Positions 38,206-50,776 of a stretch of 64,000 bases of DNA are shown here, piece after piece. The DNA comes from Octopus bimaculoides (taxonomy: Eukaryota). The notes beneath the pieces are model-generated. The model was not told where the DNA came from and did not search any database. It worked only from the letters and a program-made list of their open reading frames with translations. The position numbers and the translations under genes were made by a program. Location: assembly GCF_001194135.2 (NCBI RefSeq), contig NC_068996.1, positions 52,444,664-52,508,663 of the forward strand, given 5' to 3'. The stretch's first letter is position 1. Each line of letters begins with the position of its first letter.

Positions 38206-38456
38206 CTGGTGATGCGAATAATGTAGTTGTGAATGGATGTCACGATGACAAAGAAGCAACGCAGAACTCTGAGGAATGTAAAACAGCTAAAGATACTGAA
38301 GAGAAAATGTCCAGTGAAAAGAATCTGTCCGAAAAAGATTCTGTTCCTGCAACGAATGAAAATGAAAAGAACAATGAACAAGAAATTGTCTTGATTCAGG
38401 ATACAGGTTTTACTGTGAAAATTGTATGTCCAGGAACAGAACCATTTGATCTCACT
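38206..38456 (+). CDS. CLUH: CLUH exon 2 (acidic N-terminus, then IVLIQDTGFTVKIVCPGTEPFDLT)
   Basis: T-tract + tgtag| ... ACT|gtaagt. IQDTGFTVKI is the start of the CLU_N domain. Confidence 0.92.
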
Positions 38457-38519
38457 GTAAGTGATGCCAGTACTTTTTCAAAAATATTGTGTGTAGAAAC
38501 AGACTTATTTATCAACACC

Positions 38520-38854
38520 ATCATCATCATCATCATCGTTTAACGTCCGCTTTCCATGCTAGCATGGGTTGGACGATTTGACTGAGGACTGGTGAAACCT
38601 GATGGCTACACCAGGCTCCAATCTAATTTGGCAGGGTTTCTACAACTGGATACCCTTCCTAACGCCAACCACTCAGAGAGTGTAGTGGGTGCTTTTACGT
38701 GCCACCGGCACGAGGGCCAGTCAAATGGTACTGGCAACAGCCATGCTCAAAATGGTGCATTTTATGTGCCACCCGCACAAGGGCCAGTCCATCGGCACTG
38801 GCAACGATCTTGCTTGAATGTCTTTTCACGTGCCCAAGTGCCAGGAAGGCGACG
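38520..38854 (-). mobile_element. RTE 3'-tail copy about 60 nt downstream of the CLUH exon 2 donor
   Basis: Reverse complement of 520-850. Confidence 0.88.
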
Positions 38855-39462
38855 NNNNNNNNNNNNNNNNNNNNNNNNNNNNNNNNNNNNNNNNNNNNNN
38901 NNNNNNNNNNNNNNNNNNNNNNNNNNNNNNNNNNNNNNNNNNNNNNNNNNNNNNNNNNNNNNNNNNNNNNNNNNNNNNNNNNNNNNNNNNNNNNNNNNNN
39001 NNNNNNNNNTTTTTTTTTTTTTTTTCTTTTTTAATTCAAAATCATAGTTAATAATGGCGAATTTGAAGTTGTCTCCCTTGTTTGGTGAATCGTCTTTTTT
39101 TAGCTCCTGGCTGACGAAAGCCTTTTGAATAGATTTAGCTGAAACTGTAAGTTTATCGTGTCTCTTTGTGTTTGTTCCCCACCATTGTTTGACAACTGGT
39201 GTTGGTCTGTTTATGTTCCTGTAACTTAGCAGTTCAAATGCGAGGTCAATAGAATAAGTACCGAGCTTAAAAAATAGGTTCTGAGGCTGATTTGTTCAAT
39301 TAAACCCTTCACGGTAGTGCTCCAACATGGCCACAATGCAATGGCTGAAGCAAATAAAAGATAGCCCTAGTGGTGTTTAGTTTTGAAAATATGTGAAATG
39401 TTTCATTATTCCACTGTGAAGCTGAAACTATAAAATATAATTTTTTCTAAAATTTTTATCAG

Positions 39463-39634
39463 GTAAGTTGTATGGAACTTGTTCAAGAGATCCACCAAGT
39501 TTTGATGGATCGGGAAGATACTTGCCATAAGACCTGTTTCTCTCTACAATGTGATGGAGTTACATTGGATAATTTTGCAGAACTGAAAACCATTGAAAAT
39601 TTGAAGGACAATTCTGTTATTAAAGTTGTTGAAG
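39463..39634 (+). CDS. CLUH: CLUH exon 3 ([28 protein letters not shown]...VIKVVE)
   Basis: tttatcag| ... GAAG|gtatgt. [16 protein letters not shown] is a CLUH signature. Confidence 0.95.
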
Positions 39635-41755
39635 GTATGTAAATATAATTTTACAAACTTTTTTTGTAAATTTGATAATGAATTCACTCCTAGAAGAATA
39701 GCTGTATAATGTGATCATTACAGGACCTCTCAAACTGGTGTGATTGATACAGTTGATATTCAGCTTTAAAGCAAGCAGTAGGAACAGAATAGAGAGAATG
39801 AATGGTGGTTTGGAAGTTCTTTTCAAGCAATGTGGTTCTGGGTTCAATCCTAGTGTGCAATAATATTGCACAACGGTCTTGGCTGATCAATGACTTGTAA
39901 GCAAAATTTGATAACCTAAAAAGCTGCAGAAGTCTCTTCTGAGTGCATGTGTGTGTATGTATATATATGTGCATGTATGTATCATACATGCATGTGTATA
40001 TGTCTCTATTAATAATTCACTGTATCAGTCAAAAATATTTTTGTATATTGATATGATTGACAAAAATCTATTGAAGGTTTTATTGATTATGCTGATGAAC
40101 ATATTGCTACCGTTTTGATGTCTGCTTTCCCTTACTGGCATGGGTTAGATGATTCAACTTCAACAGTGGTTTTTCCATTTGTTGTGGTCCTTTGCCATTT
40201 CTTTTGTGAGGTTCAACATCTTGACATCTGTCCTTTTTCTACTCCCCCTCCTCCTCCTCCTTCTTCTCCTTCTTCTCCTCCTTCTACTTCTACTTCCATT
40301 ATTTGACATTTCTTTTCACACATGTTACCTTTCTTTATGTACAAACCATTGTAGTCTTCTCTCTTGTACACTATTGTAAATATCTCTGCTGATCTGTTTT
40401 CCTCTCTGCATGTGAAGTGAAGTCTGTTTATATATACTGTTATCTATATGTTGTGTATATAAACTGTTGTATATGTTGTTTATATCCAGTGCAGCATGCT
40501 ACCCTCATTTCTTTCTAGCTTTCATAAATTTCCAAATTCAGTGTTAGTGTTTTGCCATAATGCATTATTGCACTTCAAACCCAAGTGTCGTACAATCTGC
40601 CCTTCATTCACTGGGAAAAGAAGCTCATTGCCATCAATAACTTTCTAAGCTTCCCACCCTTTCCTTAGTATGGTTACTATGTTTTTGCAGCACCTACCTT
40701 CACTGCTAATAGTTACCAGATAGTTGAGTCACTTCATTTTTGGGGTGCTCTTGCTATTAGCTTCTTTTGTGAATCATTTACATTTGCAATCCTTATTCTC
40801 TGTCAGTTCATCTGACAACCTGTTGCTCATCGCCATCATTTAATGTTATTCTTGCATTGAGTATACAATATAGAGTTCTTAGCTCCTTTTTGCATATCAA
40901 ACTTGTCCATTTCCTTGTCAATAGAAGTGTTTGATTTTTTTTTTTTTAATGCTGAGGCTTCGGTCTTTCTATATTGATTTTTTTGGTCTCTTGAATTCTA
41001 GACCCAACATTCTTGTTAGGAACCTTGCTCTAACACTTTCATTGATTTGTCTTAAAGATAGGTCATTGTGAAACTGGAATTTCTGACGACAGCTAATCTT
41101 AAACTTTTTTGTTATAGTTTGGGGAACCATAATAAAACATAAAAACAAGAATGAGACCTTATGAGTATCTACTCGCATATTTTAATTCCTCAAAGAGCTT
41201 GATGCTAACCTAAGTTTGTTCATTAGCCTCAGTAAGAAGAGGGTATTGTTAGCTACATGTACTAGCTTGAAACTACATCTCATATAATCTAGTCCCATTT
41301 TTGATTATTGTTGTAACTTTCTCTGCTACTTTCATGACTGGTGTTAGTTTAACCCCTCTGATACCAACCTGCCTTAAACTTCCATCTGGTTCTTTTACAC
41401 AAACTTCTGGTTTAAAAGTGATCCACATTTCAAACATTTTAATAACAACAAAGTTGTTAAATTCTTAATTATTTTCAAAATTAATTGAAACAAAAGCAGT
41501 GTATTTCAGCATAAATATGGTAACAGAAGGGTGAAAACCTCTTTTTGGGACATTTTTTTAAGCATCTCTTTTCTTGTTGGCTGTTTTATGCTAGACATCG
41601 GATATAACACCTCCTTTCATTATTTGATTTCTTTTCATTTATTTGTCTATTATGAAAACCTGACAGCATTTTTGGAATCTGTTTCTCTGATGTTTCAATT
41701 TAGAAATGTTGTTTATGGAATTCTCTTTTATTTATGAATTTCTGTTTCCTTGTAG

Positions 41756-41896
41756 AGCCTTACACTGTCCGGGAAGCCCGAATTCATGTACGACATGTAA
41801 GGGATTTATTGAAATCGGTTGACCAAAATGATGCCTATATTGGAATTGATTGTAATTCTTTGACTTGTCTCAATGCTGTATTTTCAGATACACATG
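41756..41896 (+). CDS. CLUH: CLUH exon 4 ([21 protein letters not shown]...SDTH)
   Basis: tgtag| ... CATG|gtaagt; phase 1/1; [19 protein letters not shown] signature. Confidence 0.95.
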
Positions 41897-43321
41897 GTAA
41901 GTTGATATTAAACAAAAACAAATTCTATAAAATGCACGACTTTTATCAATATTATCATTAGTGTTAGAATAAACGTCAGTATTACTGGAAGTAAATGGCC
42001 TCTGATATTACTCTTCTATAAGGAGGAGAAGTAAGTTAGTTATTAATATAATGTTCCAGTTTTTTCTCATTCTTTTTTCTTTCCTTATAATTATTAGGTT
42101 GTGAGCTGGCAGAATTGTTAGTACGCTGGGTTTCTGCCAAAATTTAGGGAGAAAAAAAAAGGCTGTGAGCTAGCAGAATTGTTAGCACGCTGGGTAAAAC
42201 ATTTAGCGGCATTTCATCCGTCGTTACATTCTTAGTTCAAATTCTGCTGAGGTCGACTTTATCTTTCATCCCTTTGGGTTCAATAAAATAAGTACCAGTT
42301 GAATACTGGGGTCGACATAATCGACTTAACCCTCCCCGAAATTGCTGGCCTTGTACCAAAATTTGAAATCATTATCATCATCATCATTATTATTATTGAG
42401 GGAGAGAGCACTCGGTAAAATATACAAAGCCCAGTATGATCATCATGACTACCTGTCTGATAAGGGTACACCAGGCACATGCATCACAACCATATGAGCA
42501 CAAGGTGATCTCATATCAAGATAAACAATTCTTAAGGTCAACTTTGCTTTTTATTCTTTTGGGGTTGGTAAAAGAAGGCACCACTGGGGTCAGTGTAATT
42601 GACTATACTCCTCCCTGCCAAATTTCAGACCTTGCCTTGTGCCTATAGTAGAAAAGATTGTTGTTGTTGTCGGTGGGGAGCTGGCAGAATAATCAGCACA
42701 CTGGATGAAATGCTTAGCAGGATTTTTGCTTGTTGCTCCGTCCTGAGTTCGAATTCTGCTGAGGTTGACTTTGCCCTTCATCCTCTTGGAATTGATAAAA
42801 TAAATACCAGTTGAACATTTGGGTCGATGTAATTGATGTATCCCCTCCCCCAAAATTGCTGCCCTTGTGGCAAAATTTGAAACCATTATTATTATTATTG
42901 TTGTAATGGTAGTGTGTTCACAGTCACCAGACAAAATGCTTAGTCGCATTTCTTCCAGCTTTACATTCCAAATTCAAATTCTACCTTTCGGGGTCAATAA
43001 AATTAAGTACCAGTCAAATAATGGGGTTGATGTAATTAACTATCCCCGCCTCCAGATTTTGGGCCTTGTGCCTATAGTAGACAGGATTATTATTATTATA
43101 GACATTAACTTCACATTCACAAATATCACTACTTTCAGTGTCATTGTCTATTACTTGTCTCGACTCCCATTCTAGGATTGATGTCTGTAATCCTCTCCTT
43201 TCCGGTATTAGAGATTATATGATTGCAGAGTCTGCAGATTTGTTGCTTTTTACCAATGTAAGAAATTGTTACTTCTGTTATTATATAAATACACTAATGA
43301 CACTTTTGAAATATTCTACAG

Positions 43322-43437
43322 ATCGTAAAAACCGTTCTAGATTGGAGTCTACAGATTGTTCCCCACCTGAATTTATTTTACCAAATTCTAAAGAACCACC
43401 TTTACTTTACTTGCATCCTTCAATTAAAGAACAAAAG
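43322..43437 (+). CDS. CLUH: CLUH exon 5 (DRKNRSRLESTDCSPPEFILPNSKEPPLLYLHPSIKEQK)
   Basis: ctacag| ... AAG|gtaaga; DC(S/T)PPE(F/Y)ILP motif. Confidence 0.92.
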
Positions 43438-45179
43438 GTAAGATATGTTTTTAATGTCATATTTTACTTTCTTCTCATTTCCCCCTAGGCTTACAAAGAA
43501 TAAGTCCTGGGGTCGATTTGCTCGACTAAAGGCGGTGCTCCAGCATGGCCGCAGTCAAATGTCTGAAACAAGTAAAAGAGTAGAGAGTATATTAGTTTAT
43601 TTGTTGTTGTTGATAATCAAGGACATCACATGGGAGAAGACTGGGCACAGTGTGTTTGGCTGTGGTCAATCAGTCCAATGCGTGCTTGGAAGGCTCTGCG
43701 AAAGGTCAATCACTGGTGGTCTGTTGGGGCTGAAGGCAAAGAGTTGGCTCTGGACTTGTGTAGTTGTTCACATTTTCTTTGTTCCCTGGAAATTCTGTTC
43801 TGTTCATAGGAGGTGTCAAAGAAAATGAGGAACTGAGAGTTACCGTCCTTTGAAGATCAGATCAACCTCTAATGGACAGAATCACATATTTGTAATGGAA
43901 AGGATATAAGCCTGGTGTGAAAATGGCTGAGGCACCACTGGGAGATATACAAAGGATGTTGGTAAAAACTGTACAGGGATATTACAATGATATAAAGCAT
44001 GTATATCCTGAAGATGTGAATTGGTTATCTTTGGATGCATAAAACAGCAGAATAATCAATGACAAATGGATAAGGACCAGAGATCATCAAACCTGATCTA
44101 GATGGTAGTTTCTCATTTGTGTGGCAAGGAAAGCCCTTTTTCATATTGTTTTTTAAAATTTTGCTTTTTATTTCTATGTAAATGTTTTATTAATTTTTAA
44201 ATTTGTTCTCACTCATCATTCAGTAACTTTTTGTCCCAGCCCATGCATCTTTGTAAGCCCCCTGTTAAATTTATTTTATTGTATCTCTTTAAATCACTGT
44301 GACTAATAAACTATTATTATTATTATATTTTATTGCAATATATGGCTATAAGATAATGGTTTTTGTTGTTGTTTTTTGGTCTTTATGCTAAACTCGCAAA
44401 CCTTAACAAAAATCATTAGGCAAAACATCTTTCTAAGAATATGAGTTGTTTCAAGTAGGGCAGATTTTTGGACCCTCACTTAGTTGTCTTGATAGTCAAG
44501 TGTCTCATGGGATGATAGTTTTTTGGGGAGATTGAACCTAGTTGTATAACTTTCACTTTTGCCGCTGGGCTTCCTACTATATTCCTAATCTCTCTACTTT
44601 TGAATTAACAGATTTCAAGATCTTCCTTCAGGTTTAGTTTCAATGCACAGCACCTTGGGCAAGTATCTTGTCTTATAGCCCCAGGCTGACCAAAGTTACA
44701 TTAGTGGATTTGAAAGAAGCCTGGTGTGTTTGTGTGCACCCTTTGTCTCGACATCATGTGATGGTTGTAAACAAGCATCACCATCATACAAGCATTGTGA
44801 TTCTTTCCATTTTTTTTTTTTAAATGGAAAAACAAGTCTTGCCATAGAAAAAATACTTCTTTGCTTGGAAACAGCTGAGGGTTGGTGACAGGAGGGCATC
44901 AGCTGTAGAAAATCTGCCTTAACAAATTCCGTCTAACCCACACATTTATAGTCATCATCATTTAACTCTTCTATGCAATTCTGGAAAATTATGGATGTTA
45001 AATGATGATGATGATTATAAGGCATTTTTTATGTCAAGTACAATGATATCTGCTTTGTAGTGTTCAATTGTTATGTCTGTCAATGTCAAAACTTCATAGA
45101 AATTTCGGTTTATCAGATTCATTTAAAGCTATCTGTAGTTTTATATTCATATTTTTTACAAACTGACCAGTGTAAATTG

Positions 45180-45830
45180 AAACAAACATTACCATGGTGT
45201 CTCTTGTGTTCTTCCTGAGCTAACATTTTACAGCCTGCTACTATACTCAGTATTTCCTTGTTCCTTAATTACATCGGTGGTATTTGTTTGTTTAAGCAGT
45301 GGAATAAATACCATTGCTATCTGACCTTGTGTTTAGGCTTTGATCTTGATCGGCCACTAATAAGTTCTCAGTTTCTCTCTTTAAATCTCCAATCTGGAAC
45401 TACTCCCATGATAAGTCATGGTTTTTCACATTCTTGATGTCTCTGTGGAACTGTTCTTGGAACTGAATTTCTTCTAGTTCTTCCTTCACAAATTATCCTG
45501 CTTTGGTATATTTTCTTCTCTTTACGTTCTACCCATGTTAGTCCTACTTCTATTGCAACATTTTTAATTAGTTCTTCTTCACTCTTTTCAAGGTAGTGGT
45601 TTGCTGGCCTTTGTTCTTCATTCACGCGATCAGAAATGCTAATAAATCCTCTCCCCCACCCCAACCAATCTTCTGTTTCATGTACACATAATTGACATTT
45701 ACTTTTTTGATCAAATGTTCTGTGCATAGTTAGGGTTTCTATTGCATCTAATGCCTCTATTCTTTGTCCATTTCACTATTCTGGGATTATAATACAACAA
45801 TGGCAGTTGTCCATGTGTTGATCAGGTTTA
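45180..45830 (-). mobile_element. R4/Dong-like (RLE-type) non-LTR retroelement fragment
   Basis: Minus strand gives GDLKRETENLLVADQDQSLNTR, IVAGCKMLAQEEHKRHHGNV and INTW...MHRTF..GRGFISI. Confidence 0.75.
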
Positions 45831-46185
45831 TCAGATCCTTTGAATTAAATTTAGACTTTATCCCTTTAGCATTCATATTACTCTATCTAATGTAATGCTT
45901 ATTTATTCACATTATTTTTAATTAATCATACATTATCTCATAGCTTTGAGATTCTGATGATGTGATTGTTTATTTTCAAAATGACATTGTAGAATAGGTG
46001 TGAGAGGCAGGATCTGGTTAATTTGAACATAAAACAGGTAGAATATGTGAATTCAATATGGCTGAGTTAAATGATAAAGGGTTAATACATACTTTAATTT
46101 TTAGAAAAAAAATATATTTTCACCTTTTTCTTTTTTTCTCCTTATGCATTTCGATTTATTGTTGTTATCATTCTTAATATTTCAG

Positions 46186-46255
46186 GGCCCACAGTGCTTA
46201 AAAGTGATGACATACAGTGGCTGGAATCCACCTCCTGGTAACCGAAGAATGCATG
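46186..46255 (+). CDS. CLUH: CLUH exon 6 ([23 protein letters not shown])
   Basis: ttcag| ... CATG|gtaaac; [10 protein letters not shown] signature. Confidence 0.95.
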
Positions 46256-46436
46256 GTAAACTAGACAATACTGTATTAGTTATTTTCACAAGTACACAAA
46301 CACACACACACGCTCTTGTACAAGTTAAATATAAAATAAAAATATAGCTAACGGAATGTATCTTATCCCAATTAATTTATAATTGACCTGTTTAGGATTC
46401 TTTCTTTATTATATGATTTATTTTCCCATGTAATGT

Positions 46437-46825
46437 GGAGGCGCAATCGCCCAGTGGTTAGGGCAGTGGACTCGCGGTCATAGGATCGCGGTTTCGATTC
46501 CCAGACCGGGCGTTGTGAGTGTTTATGGAGCGAAAAACACCTAAAAGCTCCATGAGGCTCCGGCAGGGGATGGTGGCGAACCCTGCTGTACTCTTTCACC
46601 ACAACTATCTCTCACTCTTTCTTCCTGTTTCTGTTGTGCCTGTAATTCAAAGGGCCAGCATTGTCACACTCTGTGTCACGCTGAATATCCCCAAGAACTA
46701 TGTTAAGGGTACATGTGTCTGTGGAGTGCTCAGCCACTTGCACGTTAATTTCACGAGCAGGCTGTTCCATTGATCGAATCAACTGGAACCCTCGATGTCA
46801 TAAGTGACGGAGTGCCAACAAAACA
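46437..46825 (+). mobile_element. tRNA-derived SINE, family A (second copy)
   Basis: Collinear with 13862-14250. Confidence 0.88.
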
Positions 46826-47624
46826 ATTTTCCCATGTTAGCATGGGGAAGAGGCATTACTGTAGGATGTTCTCCATAATGCAAGCCATTCCAACTGATGT
46901 AAGAGTGGAGCCTATTTTACTTCAGTCCTATCAAGCAGGGTCAGTTTAACCCTGTAGCATTCTGATTACTCTGTCAAATGTAATGCTTATTTATTCACAT
47001 TGTTTCCAATTAATCATTCATTATCTCACAACTTTAAAATTTGGATGATTTAGTAATATTTTTTTTGAATGACTTCATAGAATAGGTATAAGAGGCTGGA
47101 TCTGGCTAGTTTAAACATAAAATAGGTAGAATATTTGGGCTGGAAATGGCCAGTTTAAATGCTAAAGAGTTATTGGCTATAGAAAAATACTTTTTTTTGC
47201 TTGAGAGTATAATATATAATTTTTTTTAAAATACAATTTTAATACAATGTAATTTAATTTAAAATATTAATCTACAGGGTGGTAACAGGAAAATATTTTG
47301 TCTTTTATCTTAAAGCTAGCCTTCATTATTTCTGCTCATGTTTAAGAGTATATGTACGGTTGTAATTATGGATCACACTTCTCTTAAATATAATGAGTTG
47401 GCCCATTCTTCTGTCTTTTTAATTAGTGTTTACCTAATCAATTGATTCCTGCAGAAAAGTATTATTTAATTTATAGATTTAAAAGCTCGTTAGATTCTAG
47501 CAACTCATTAAAATTCTTTTGAATGAATTAAAAAATCTGTTAAACTCTGAAACAGTTAATGTTTCTGTTTTAGTATAATTGTGTCATGAGATAATTAAAG
47601 GTGATTATTCTCTTAATTTTCCAG

Positions 47625-47709
47625 GTGATCTCCTCTACTTATATATAGTCACACTGGAAGATAAAAGGTTTCATGTCACAGCTTCTACACGAGGTTTCTA
47701 TTTAAACCA
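47625..47709 (+). CDS. CLUH: CLUH exon 7 ([29 protein letters not shown])
   Basis: ttttccag| ... CA|gtgagt; phase 1/2. Confidence 0.95.
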
Positions 47710-49454
47710 GTGAGTGGTCTTCTGTTTCTCCCTGACAAATTTTAGCTGTTTTTCTTCCATCACCAATACATCTCTCCAGACAACTTTCAGGAATTGTGGT
47801 TTATCAAAGTTTATAAATTAGTTTATTTTCTGAAGTGCTTATACATCTAAGTTTTGGATTTTAAATACTGTTTCTTCTCTGGGAAAGACAGACTGTTATA
47901 GTTCCTGTGTGATGCACGCAACAATTACTTAGCCCAAGTGCAGCCCTGTGTTGATATCTTTGACTACATTATCTAATGAGTCTTGCCTCTTTTATAAACA
48001 GTGGTGGTGTTAACTTGAGAGAGAGATTTTGCTGCTCTTTTTAGCTGAGCTAGTAACCATGTTGAGGCTCCTTCAATGGTTTGGAACCCCTTAACTTGTC
48101 CACATAGCAACCAACACTCAAAAGATCTTATTGTTTGACTGACTAGAAAATATAACTCACAAAGTTGATGAAATATTAGTATACTGCTTGAAGGGTCAAC
48201 AGGTTATTTCTAGTCAACAGCATTATGTCATGCTCCTAGCAAAGACATAACTCCCAATAACCCAGTTTAATTGCAAATACTGTTAATTGTTATATTTGTT
48301 TATGTAATTCCTCCTCTTCAACTTCATTTTCACTTCTATGGACATCAGAAAGAGTAATGTTTCTGTTGTCTACAATAAAATGGAGACGTTTTCTCTGTTT
48401 TCAATTTTCAGGGAGGAAACGTAATCAATAACCAAAACCAATAGTTCAATATGCAAATTTTTATGTTTCCTCCCTGTCTGTGATTTATCACAAAAAAAAA
48501 AAAAAAAAAAAAAAAAAGAGAGAGAGAGAAACAGTTTTCTTATTTATTAGGTCCTGCAACTGATTACTGAAGTGCTGGATCTAATAAATGTTACCTTGTT
48601 CTGTTGAGCTAATCTCTCATTGATATGAAGAAATCTGCATAAAGTTAATCCCTTAAGTCACTATAAAATATTTATGTCTTCACTGCTATCGCTTCCCTTG
48701 CCTTTTTTTTTAATTGATGATCCAACTAGGCTTTCTGTTAGCCAAGGTTGGCCATACATGTGCAGATCTGGGCAAGATTTTTCATGAAGGTTGGCAGCTG
48801 CCTACGTAAGTTTCTTCTCCAAACTACCTATGTGGTATCCAAGGAAAAGGCCCCAACTATTTGGGGCAATACAATGTCATTGCTATCAAAATACAAAGAA
48901 TCAGAACAGATACTGCAAGATATTTTACCCGATCATCTAACAGTTCTACACCAATCCACTCTCCTAGACTGGGACATTTTTCTTTTTTCGACCCTTAAAG
49001 ATGAAAAGTAAAATTAACCTTTCGGGTTTTGAACACAGAATCAGCACAAATACAGGAAAGCATTTGAACACTCTAATGATTCTGCCATTTTGCCACCTCT
49101 CATATTTGAAAAGCTTTGCTGACCTGTAGGTGTGGTCATTTAGTTCCGAGATAGCTTTGACTTGGTAGATTTATAATTAGAAGATATTCCAACCATGGCA
49201 TTTTTTTTTAAGCAGTAGTAAGAAATTTAAGGGAGATTTGGTTCTATTTCTTGTAGGCTGAACAATCACATAAAGCTGCCTCACTGCCTTGTGTGTATTG
49301 CTAAAATAAGTCTAGGAGAGCAAAGTCTTATATAATGCAGAGTCTTATTTCTTCAAAACAAGTTCAGAGTACTAATATAAATTGGATTTCAATGTAATTC
49401 TAAGTTTGTTTAATAAGTTTTCCTATTTATTAACCAACATAGAACAATACATAT

Positions 49455-49843
49455 AGGCGCAGGAGTGGCTGTGTGGTAAGTAGCTTGCTTACCAACCACA
49501 TGGTTCCATGTTCAGTCCCACTGTGTGGCACCTTGGGCAAGTATCTTCTATTATAGCCTCAGGCTGACCAAAGCCTTGTGAGTGGATTTGGTAGATGGAA
49601 ACTGAAAGAAGCCTGTCGTATATATGTATATATATGTATGTATGTGTGTGTGTTTGTCCCCCCAACATCGCTTGACAACCGATGCTGGTGTGTTTACGTC
49701 CCCGTAAATTAGCAGTTCGGCAAAAAGAGACCAATAGAATAAGTACTAGGCTTACAAAGAATAAGTCCTGGGGTCGATTTGTTCGACTAAAGGCGGTGCT
49801 CCAGCATGGCCGCAGTCAAATGACTGAAACAAGTAAAAGAGTA
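49455..49843 (+). mobile_element. tRNA-derived SINE, family B, with internal (TA)/(TG) microsatellite (best copy)
   Basis: AGGCGCAGGAGTGGCTGTGTGG head and ...TGACTGAAACAAGTAAAAGAG end. Other copies at about 3205-4010(-), 4359-4785(-), 14631-14998(-), 15214-15630(+), 33918-34310(+), 39150-39360(+) and 43488-43580(+). Confidence 0.88.
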
Positions 49844-50163
49844 ATACTAAGTATCAAATATGAAATGTATCTATTAAATGCTTTTATTAGTTAATGTTTA
49901 TTTCCTATTTAAGGTGACAAGCTGGCAGAATCATTAGCACGCTGGACAAAATGCTTAGCTGCGTCTTGTCCTTCTTTATGTTCTGGGTTCAAATTCTGCT
50001 GAGGTCAGCTGTGCCTTTCATCTTTTTGGGGGTTGATAAAATAAGTACCAGTTGAGTACTGAGGTCGACGTAATTGACTGTCTCCATCCCCCAAAATTGC
50101 TGGCCTTGTGCCAAAATTTGAAATTGATATTTATTTCATGTTTGACTCTTATTTTCCTTCCAG

Positions 50164-50242
50164 ATGTACAGAAGATGAATTCAATCCTAAAGTTGCCGCT
50201 CAAAAGCACTTATCACATTCTCTTATTGAACTCCTGAATCAA
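50164..50242 (+). CDS. CLUH: CLUH exon 8 (CTEDEFNPKVAAQKHLSHSLIELLNQ)
   Basis: ttccttccag| ... CAA|gtaaat; phase 2/0. Confidence 0.93.
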
Positions 50243-50469
50243 GTAAATATCACATTTGTTTAGAAAGAGATTTGTTATTGTTGTTGTTTGTCTTTTGTAA
50301 CTTCAAATATGTTAACATTTCAAATTTCAAAATATATTTTAAAATTATTTATATTCTATGAAAGATCAAAATTAACTTCCCCTTCTTCACTAATATACAT
50401 ATGTTTTTATATCCCTAGAATATAATACAGCCCCAAATTATTTCATCTTGTAGATTTACTTGTATCGAC

Positions 50470-50776
50470 TTGCGAAGACCTGTTGGAGCAAGTGAAAGCA
50501 AAATCGTAATGGCACCTGGCATTTGTGCCGGTGGCATGTGTAAAGACATTTGAGCGACATCATTGCTAGTGCCGCTGGACTGGCTCCTGTGCAGGTGGCA
50601 CGTAAAAGCACCCACTACACTCTCGGAGTGGTTGGCATTAGGAAGGGCATCCAGCTGTAGAAACTCTGCCAAATCAGATTGGAGCCTGGTGTAGCCATCT
50701 GGTTTCACCAGTCCTCAGTCAAATCGTCCAATCCATGCTAGCATGGAAAGCGGACGTTAAACGATGATGATGATGA
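50470..50776 (+). mobile_element. RTE 3'-tail copy in CLUH intron 8
   Basis: Collinear with 520-850 and extends further 5'. Confidence 0.88.

Noticed and set aside
39108-39155. Hammerhead-like core CTGACGA...GCT-GAAAC
   Set aside because: Stem II is imperfect, and no matching stem I/III partner or NUH cleavage context could be found; at best a dead relic.
40500-41340. Possible additional decayed retroelement on the minus strand
   Set aside because: No motif I could assign with confidence; left unannotated.
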